36,336 nucleotides of DNA from an uncultured Gammaproteobacteria bacterium (GTDB lineage: Bacteria; Patescibacteriota; Patescibacteriia; Magasanikbacterales; GWA2-37-8). The stretch lies in NCBI GenBank assembly GCA_964439095.1, contig CAYTMT010000003.1, positions 1 to 36,336 of the forward strand. Direction: 5' to 3'. The position numbers and the translations under genes were made by a program. The stretch's first letter is position 1, and each line of letters begins with the position of its first letter. Of the stretch, positions 7,621-15,702 are shown in pieces. A model generated the notes under the pieces. It did no database searches. It was not told where the DNA came from and saw only the letters and a list, made by a program, of their open reading frames with translations.

Positions 7621-7717
7621 ACTATAAGAGACTCTGAAACGTGTTTGGTAACTGGCCAGAACGCCCCCTCCTTCGTTCTCCCTTTACCAGACACATCCAG
7701 AGTCTCTTTTGTTTTTT
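7621..7717 (+). ncRNA. Candidate ~95-nt rod-shaped small RNA with a C-rich CCCCCUCCUU apical loop and an intrinsic terminator-like 3' end
   Basis: Nested stems: 7627-7636/7698-7707 (10 bp), 7641-7651/7684-7694 (11 bp, one G.U) and 7658-7663/7674-7679 (6 bp). Apical loop at 7664-7673. The outer stem is followed by TTTGTTTTTT (7708-7717). No plausible ORF. No match to an RNA family I recognise. Confidence 0.45.
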
Positions 7718-7742
7718 CACAATACAAGAAAGTCCCTAGGAC

Positions 7743-7775
7743 AAAAAACATCACCCTTTCAGGGGTGATGTTTTT
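7743..7775. terminator. Bidirectional rho-independent terminator (downstream of tRNA-Asp on the minus strand, and of the rplT/sRNA region on the plus strand)
   Basis: aaaaaaCATCACCCtttcagGGGTGATGttttt. An 8-bp GC-containing stem flanked by an A-run and a T-run. Confidence 0.7.
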
Positions 7776-7778
7776 ATG

Positions 7779-7852
7779 CGGGTCGGACGGGACTCGAACC
7801 CGCAACTTCTGCCGTGACAGGGCAGTGCTCTAACCAGTTGAACTACCGACCC
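7779..7852 (-). tRNA. tRNA-Asp (anticodon GTC), CCA not encoded
   Basis: Reverse complement GGGTCGGTAGTTCAACTGGTTAGAGCACTGCCCTGTCACGGCAGAAGTTGCGGGTTCGAGTCCCGTCCGACCCG folds as a 74-nt cloverleaf. The anticodon loop is CTGTCAC. Arm-by-arm it is very similar to E. coli tRNA-Asp. Confidence 0.95.
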
Positions 7853-7884
7853 AAATTGTCTTTGTTTTTAATCTTATGGTCAAT

Positions 7885-7913
7885 ATAGTACCAAAAGCGT
7901 TGGATTTTGTCAA
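7885..7913 (-). promoter_or_regulatory. Sigma70-type promoter TTGACA-N17-TACTAT (TGg extended) for tRNA-Asp
   Basis: Minus strand reads TTGACAaaatccaacgcttTGgTACTAT. The -10 ends about 32 nt upstream of the tRNA 5' end. Confidence 0.55.
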
Positions 7914-7944
7914 AACTTGCTTGTGGACACGATTTATCGTGGAT

Positions 7945-7975
7945 AAAAAAGAAGAGCCGTGCGGGCGGACTCTTC
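7945..7975 (-). terminator. Rho-independent terminator on the minus strand, ~190 nt downstream of the ligA stop
   Basis: Minus strand reads GAAGAGTCCGCCCGCACGGCTCTTCTTTTTT. GAAGAG/CTCTTC plus an inner CCG/CGG pairing, followed by a T6 run. Confidence 0.7.
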
Positions 7976-8168
7976 GACTTAATTTTGAGGTAGCACAACC
8001 TCCAAGCCATTCAGTCACCAATCCCTACATCTTTGATCGTGGCAAAGATTTCAGCAAAAGGCGCGGATCCTGGCGGAGTTAGTGACACCGAGACACTCGA
8101 AGCTTGAGTATCCACCCGGCACGGTGGATATATACTAACAAAAATATATAAAAATACAAGTGGATAAA

Positions 8169-10662
<2,494 letters not shown>

Positions 10663-10672
10663 AACAAACGGA

Positions 10673-11131
10673 CTACTTGTTGGTCAAACCGCTCGGGGTA
10701 ACCACTACTGTGCCTTTAAAATTGTCTGTTTGTGCTTCTAAAGTGGCGGTAATAGCATAAGAACTTGAAGCTGAAGTATACACATAGGCGTTCTGGCCAA
10801 CTGGATCCGCTGGTACCTGGGCCAAATAAGGGTTCTCACAACCAGATGAATTAAAACCAGTAGCATTTAAACAACTAGAATTTGACCCACCCAAAACAAG
10901 CCCATTGCCAGGAGCGGGCGGAAAAGCGCTACGGTCGCGGTAATACAGATCAAGAGTGTTTTGCAATAACGATAAATCTTTTAAACGCACGGAATCGCGC
11001 ATTTTGGCACGCGCTGACTGCAACAAAATAACAGCTAGCGTGGAAAGCAAACCAATTAAAGCAAGCACCACCAGCAATTCAACAAGAGTAAATCCTGGTA
11101 ACGTCGTCTTAAATGCTTTTTGATTCCCCAT
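10673..11131 (-). CDS. Type IV pilin / pseudopilin with a class III signal peptide
   Basis: MGNQKAFKTTLPG|FTLVELLVVLALIGLLSTLAVILL shows prepilin cleavage and the N-methylation motif with Glu+5. Followed by a pilin-type head (RLKDLSLLQNTLDLYYRD...PADP...YVY...ATLE). Confidence 0.9.
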   Translation of the reverse strand: MGNQKAFKTTLPGFTLVELLVVLALIGLLSTLAVILLQSARAKMRDSVRLKDLSLLQNTLDLYYRDRSAFPPAPGNGLVLGGSNSSCLNATGFNSSGCENPYLAQVPADPVGQNAYVYTSASSSYAITATLEAQTDNFKGTVVVTPSGLTNK

Positions 11132-11135
11132 ATAA

Positions 11136-11528
11136 TTAGACAGTTATATGCAAAACTTCTCGTATTTTAGCAACTACTTCGGACGGTTTGAAGTGTGCTT
11201 TAATTAAATACCCTGCAGCTCCAAGCAACTGACCTTTGTCCACATCTTCTTTTTGTCCTAAATTAGTCAAAAGGATTACCGGAATATCTTTGGTGGATGG
11301 ATCTTCTTTAATGTTTTTGAGTACTGTAAAACCATCCATCTTGGGAAGTAGTAAATCAAGAAGCACAATATCAGGATGTTTTTTCTGCACTTCTTGTAAT
11401 CCTTTTTCACCGTTGTCGGCAGGAATTACTTTGAATCCTTCCATTTCAAATTTCTTTTGGTAAATATTGGCCAAAAAAACATCATCCTCCACCACCACTA
11501 CATTTATTTTCTTCTGTTCACTGTCCAT
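11136..11528 (-). CDS. Stand-alone response-regulator receiver domain (CheY/PilH-like)
   Basis: From ATG 11528: MDSEQKKINVVVVEDDVFLANIY...DIVLLDLLLPKMDGFTVL...PVILLTNL...GYLIKAHF. The acidic pocket, phospho-acceptor Asp, and conserved Thr and Lys are all present. No output domain. The 11705 start in the track overlaps pilM. Confidence 0.85.
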   Translation of the reverse strand: MDSEQKKINVVVVEDDVFLANIYQKKFEMEGFKVIPADNGEKGLQEVQKKHPDIVLLDLLLPKMDGFTVLKNIKEDPSTKDIPVILLTNLGQKEDVDKGQLLGAAGYLIKAHFKPSEVVAKIREVLHITV

Positions 11529-11584
11529 AGATTTAAAAAAATAGTAACATCTTTCCTGTATTGTGCGTTCCAAAAAAAATACTG

Positions 11585-12640
11585 TCAAGTTAATGTGCGA
11601 AGTGCCAGACCAATAGCTACCGCCATACGCGGGCCGAGATCGGCAATTACCGGTCGAAGTCCGTCTTGATATACTACACGCGACCACGGATCGCCCACGT
11701 AGCATTTTACCTTAAGTTTTTCACCCATATATCCAGCAAATCCAGGTAATAAGCTTGCCCCACCGGCCAAAATTATTTTTTCTAAACGTTTCTCATGATT
11801 ACTTTCTTGACGAGCAAATACTTCAATGCTATACGCCACTTCTTTTACAATTGGATCAATAACTGGCATGAGAACTGACAACAAACGATCCACAACCACC
11901 TGATCATTGTCTTTAAAAACCGTACGAAACAAATCAAACTTAGCTTGCTCCACCAACTCGGGGGCAAGCGCCAATGCACGCTCTAAAATTCGATTAATCT
12001 TATTTCCTCCTGCTTCGATACTATTATGGGTAAGTGGCACTCCTCGCTCCACGATAAAAAAATTAGTACGCTCTGCACCGATATCCACAACCATCGACAG
12101 TGAATCGTCACGCCCCACCAACGACCGAGTGAGTGCGCTTGCTTCTGGTTCCAATGCCTGCAATTCCAGTCCCGCACGCTGAAAAATGCGTGAATAGGTG
12201 GTGTTGAGCGTGCGCGAGGTGGCCGTAACCAAAACCAACTGATTTTTGGCATCTTTTTCCACTGGAAGCATTTGATAATCCACCACCATTTCTTCGAGTG
12301 GTTGCGGAAGTAATTTGCGCACCTCAGCATCAAGAATAAGGTCATTTGCTTCTTTTTTTCCACCTACCGGAAGTGTTACCAAGGCATGAAAAACGACAGA
12401 CGACGGCAAGCTCACCGTTACTTTTTTGCTGATTGTTTTGGCAGACCTACAAATCTGTTTAATAATTTTAGCATAATTTTCCACTGAGTTATCACTCACC
12501 TCGCCTAATTCTTTAGGAACACTCGCCAGCCCATAGGTATGCAGCACTGGCCGTTTTTTTTCTTGCCGTAACTCAACAATCTTCACGCCACCGGCGCCAA
12601 GATCGATTCCTAAATATGATGGAGGACGAGAAAAAAACAT
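11585..12640 (-). CDS. pilM: Type IV pilus assembly ATPase-fold protein PilM (actin-like)
   Basis: From ATG 12640: MFFSRPPSYLGIDLGAGGVKIVELRQEKKRPVLHTYG... then VVDIGAERTNFFIV and ILAGGASLLPGF, which are actin/PilM phosphate and adenosine motifs. The pilus gene context favours PilM over FtsA. Confidence 0.7.
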   Translation of the reverse strand: MFFSRPPSYLGIDLGAGGVKIVELRQEKKRPVLHTYGLASVPKELGEVSDNSVENYAKIIKQICRSAKTISKKVTVSLPSSVVFHALVTLPVGGKKEANDLILDAEVRKLLPQPLEEMVVDYQMLPVEKDAKNQLVLVTATSRTLNTTYSRIFQRAGLELQALEPEASALTRSLVGRDDSLSMVVDIGAERTNFFIVERGVPLTHNSIEAGGNKINRILERALALAPELVEQAKFDLFRTVFKDNDQVVVDRLLSVLMPVIDPIVKEVAYSIEVFARQESNHEKRLEKIILAGGASLLPGFAGYMGEKLKVKCYVGDPWSRVVYQDGLRPVIADLGPRMAVAIGLALRTLT

Positions 12641-12652
12641 AGGATTATTCCC

Positions 12653-12661
12653 AGTATACCA
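12653..12661 (-). promoter_or_regulatory. Extended -10 element TGgTATACT, 12 nt upstream of the pilM ATG
   Basis: Minus strand reads aaataTGgTATACTgggaataatcctATG. No Shine-Dalgarno sequence in between. Confidence 0.4.
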
Positions 12662-12701
12662 TATTTCTCCAGACAGGCATACGCCTCTACAAATAATACA
12701 G

Positions 12702-13169
12702 CTAAGAAATGGTTTCAATCCAATTGTCGGGCAAGTACTTTATCTCCAACCCCAAGCGCTTTCCCTGATCATGCTCCCAGCGGGAACCAGTCGATTTTTC
12801 CCAGCCTGGTAAAAAATGCAAGATGCGAATTTTTCCAAACTCAAATAAAGGCAAAAAGAACTCATCCAGTAAAGCAAACGGATAACCGTTGATTTTGTTT
12901 TCGGCAATCACGCGCATCATGGCGTCTTGAAACGGCATTTGATTGAATACTACGTGCCCAGTCGCAGTAAGCGCTTTGATGGAATTATGAAAAATTTTAA
13001 TATTTTCCTCTAGTGATCTATCGCCGGTAGAAATCGGCCCGCACACCTGCGCCACCGGATCGGGCATATTTTCTAAAATACTGGTTGCCAATAAAAACAT
13101 GTCATGAAAATCACGCATGGATTCGAGTTGAGTATAATGATAATCTTGCCAAAAACGATCTCGGAACAT
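12702..13169 (-). CDS. Hypothetical protein resembling the DUF4406 / nucleoside 2-deoxyribosyltransferase-like fold
   Basis: VCGPISTGDRSLEENIKIFHNSIKALTATGHVVFN... and ILHFLPGWEKSTGSRWEHDQGKRLGLEI resemble the GP..G and LPGWe.S.Ga..E motifs of that family. This is from memory and unverified. The start is uncertain (ATG at 13169, 13202 or 13208). Confidence 0.4.
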   Translation of the reverse strand: MFRDRFWQDYHYTQLESMRDFHDMFLLATSILENMPDPVAQVCGPISTGDRSLEENIKIFHNSIKALTATGHVVFNQMPFQDAMMRVIAENKINGYPFALLDEFFLPLFEFGKIRILHFLPGWEKSTGSRWEHDQGKRLGLEIKYLPDNWIETIS

Positions 13170-13170
13170 A

Positions 13171-13623
13171 TTACAGTTTATAGAACATTTTAATACAGGC
13201 ATCTTCATCTTCGATTAAATCCATACCCAATGCTTCTTGCGGGGTAACCCATGTGAAAGCCTGATGCTCGTGATCACAGATAACTATTGACGGCAACGTA
13301 TCCAACACTAAATGGAACATGTGAAAAATAAAATCATGGCTGGCGTAGCGGACGAACAGTTTTTGTACGTACGTTAGTTTTTCAATGGCCACCACCAACC
13401 CAGTTTCTTCTTGAATTTCCCGCGCCATAGCCGCTGGCAATGTTTCGCCTTCTTCCCGCTTTCCGCCCGGCCTCCCCCACCGCGCGCTCTGCGATTTGCC
13501 TTCGTGGCGATGGAGCAACAAAATCTGGCCGTTTACTTCTATAAAACAGCTTACTATTTCAAAACGAGGTTTAAAATTTTCTGGTTGTTCAAGGTAGATC
13601 ATACGAGATGAATAGCATAACAT
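13171..13623 (-). CDS. NUDIX hydrolase
   Basis: Nudix box GGKREEGETLPAAMAREIQEETGL (GX5EX7REUXEEXGU). The start is uncertain (ATG 13623 or 13602; the 13662 start in the track is TTG). Confidence 0.85.
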   Translation of the reverse strand: MLCYSSRMIYLEQPENFKPRFEIVSCFIEVNGQILLLHRHEGKSQSARWGRPGGKREEGETLPAAMAREIQEETGLVVAIEKLTYVQKLFVRYASHDFIFHMFHLVLDTLPSIVICDHEHQAFTWVTPQEALGMDLIEDEDACIKMFYKL

Positions 13624-13668
13624 TAAAGGCCTGTTTTGGTCAAAAAAGCGCTCATTTATCAATGGTTA

Positions 13669-13697
13669 TTGTGAAAAATAAAACGGTGCGCTACAAT
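13669..13697 (+). promoter_or_regulatory. Sigma70-type promoter TTGTGA-N17-TACAAT for cysS
   Basis: TTGTGAaaaataaaacggtgcgcTACAAT, 20 nt upstream of ATG 13718. Confidence 0.5.
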
Positions 13698-13717
13698 GTA
13701 ACTACTTAAACTTGTCT

Positions 13718-15100
13718 ATGCCCCTCCACCTCTATAACACCCTCACCCGCCGCGTCGAAGAATTTTCGCCATTACACCCACCCCAGGTTGGTTTGTATAC
13801 GTGCGGCCCCACGGTGTACAACTTTGCCCACATCGGCAATTTGCGCACCTATGTATTTGAGGATATTCTCAAACGCACCTTACTCGCGAGTGGTTACCAG
13901 GTGAATCACGTGATGAATATCACCGACGTGGGCCATCTCACCAGCGACGCGGACGAAGGCGAGGACAAACTAGAAAAAGGAAGTCGACGCGAAGGCAAAA
14001 GTGCTTGGGACATTGCCGAATTTTACACCCGCGCGTTTGAGCAAGATTTAGCCGCGCTCAACATTGTGCCGCCCACCACCTGGTGCAAAGCCACCGACCA
14101 CATTTCCGAACAAATCGCGCTGGTGCAAACACTTATCGACAAAGGTTTCACCTACACCACCACCGATGGCATATATTTCGACACCACCAAACTGGCCGAC
14201 TATGGCAAGCTAGCACTTTTGCAACGCCAACAGCTTTCAGCTGGCGCGCGGGTGGATATGGGCGAAAAAAAAGACGCGCATGATTTTGCGCTCTGGAAAT
14301 TTACGCCGGCCAAAGAGCAACGCCAAATGGAATGGGAGGCGTTTGGGCACAAAGGGTTCCCTGGTTGGCACATTGAATGCTCGGCCATGGCCACCAAGTA
14401 TCTCGGCCAGCCGTTTGATATTCACTGCGGTGGGATTGATCACGTGCCCGTACACCACACCAACGAAATCGCCCAAAGCGAAGCGGCCTACAGTGTACCA
14501 CTAGCCAACTACTGGCTGCACGGCGAATTTTTGGTGGTGCCAAGCGGCGACAAAATGGCCAAATCCGGCGATAATTTTTTAACCATCGCCTCGATCAACC
14601 AAAAAAATATTTCCCCACTCGCTTATCGATATTTATTACTACAAACTCACTATCGCAAACAATTAGCTTTTTCTTGGGAAGCATTGGAAGCGGCCAGTAC
14701 CGGTTATGAAAGATTAAAACATGTGGTAGCCGAAATTGAAAACTCCACCGGAGCTGTCGACCAAACTGCGCACGCTAAATTTTTACAATTAATTTCTAAC
14801 GACCTCGACACACCCGCCGCTCTCGCTCTCGCCTGGGAGGTAGCGCGTGGTGATTTGCCAAGCGCCGTAAAACGCGCCACTCTACTTGAATTTGATCGCG
14901 TGCTGGGGTTAAACTTAGAAAAAAAATCCACCACTGCCCCTATTGTTATCCCCGAAAATGTACAAACACTTCTCACCGCCCGCGCCGAAGCTCGCCAAGC
15001 AAAAAACTTTGCCGCCAGCGACCGCCTACGCGACGAAATCCGCGCGCTAGGCTACATAGTAGAAGATACACCAACTGGGCAAATTTGCGGTCTTATCTAA
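13718..15100 (+). CDS. cysS: Cysteine--tRNA ligase
   Basis: MPLHLYNTLTRRVEEF...YTCGPTVYNFAHIGNLRTY (HIGH-type motif), GWHIECSAM, KMAKSGDN (KMSKS-type motif). The 13712 start in the track is TTG; ATG is at 13718. Confidence 0.95.
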   Translation: MPLHLYNTLTRRVEEFSPLHPPQVGLYTCGPTVYNFAHIGNLRTYVFEDILKRTLLASGYQVNHVMNITDVGHLTSDADEGEDKLEKGSRREGKSAWDIAEFYTRAFEQDLAALNIVPPTTWCKATDHISEQIALVQTLIDKGFTYTTTDGIYFDTTKLADYGKLALLQRQQLSAGARVDMGEKKDAHDFALWKFTPAKEQRQMEWEAFGHKGFPGWHIECSAMATKYLGQPFDIHCGGIDHVPVHHTNEIAQSEAAYSVPLANYWLHGEFLVVPSGDKMAKSGDNFLTIASINQKNISPLAYRYLLLQTHYRKQLAFSWEALEAASTGYERLKHVVAEIENSTGAVDQTAHAKFLQLISNDLDTPAALALAWEVARGDLPSAVKRATLLEFDRVLGLNLEKKSTTAPIVIPENVQTLLTARAEARQAKNFAASDRLRDEIRALGYIVEDTPTGQICGLI

Positions 15101-15114
15101 AATGCAAAATCCGT

Positions 15115-15143
15115 TTGCGACCACAGCCATATTGTAGTATACT
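15115..15143 (+). promoter_or_regulatory. Sigma70-type promoter TTGCGA-N17-TATACT, 12 nt upstream of ATG 15156
   Basis: TTGCGAccacagccatattgtagTATACTatcctcaatactATG. No Shine-Dalgarno sequence. Confidence 0.5.
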
Positions 15144-15155
15144 ATCCTCAATACT

Positions 15156-15692
15156 ATGGCTACCGAACAGGAACAACCCATTTTACCCGAAAAACTATCA
15201 CCAGAAGGCGCTCAACCCCTTAAAGAAGCGCCTGTTTTGGTGCCTACACCCGAAAAAGAAGCGGGTGAGATTCCGCGTGAGGCGGCACCAAAAACGGAAA
15301 CAAAAATAACTCCTCCCGAAACACACACCCCCAGTAAATTCCGTCCCTCACTATGGAAGCGCACCCCGCCAAAACCGGTGGTCCACGATCAACTTACGGC
15401 CAAGGTAGAAAAAATTATGGAAGAAGGACTCAGCGAACCATTTCAACGCCTTTCCCCGATCGCCAAACAAGAATTTAAATTGCGTGGCGAACAAACAGCC
15501 GAAAAAATTAGCGTCCTTTTGCGGGGAACGCATATTAAAATCAAAAAAATTCTCCAGCTTATTTTTGAATGGCTACGACTCCTCCCGGGAATCAATCAAT
15601 TTTTTCTGGAGCAGGAGGCAAAAATAAAAATGGATAAAATCATTCGTCTCAAAAAAGAAACGGACGAAACAAACAAGAATCATATTATTTAA
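15156..15692 (+). CDS. Hypothetical protein with a Pro/Glu-rich N-terminal half and a helical C-terminal half containing one hydrophobic or amphipathic segment
   Basis: 178-aa ORF with its own promoter. Ends 10 nt before the ATPase gene. C-terminal KILQLIFEWLRLLPGINQFFLEQEAKIKMDKI. No family recognised. Confidence 0.6.
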   Translation: MATEQEQPILPEKLSPEGAQPLKEAPVLVPTPEKEAGEIPREAAPKTETKITPPETHTPSKFRPSLWKRTPPKPVVHDQLTAKVEKIMEEGLSEPFQRLSPIAKQEFKLRGEQTAEKISVLLRGTHIKIKKILQLIFEWLRLLPGINQFFLEQEAKIKMDKIIRLKKETDETNKNHII

Positions 15693-15702
15693 TTTCGTCG
15701 GC

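Noticed and set aside
7621-7717. The rod-like ~95-nt hairpin RNA as the SRP (4.5S) RNA.
   Set aside because: Neither strand contains the conserved domain IV elements (a GNRA tetraloop flanked by the AGG / GGAAGCAGC-type loops). The apical loop is a 10-nt C-rich loop instead.
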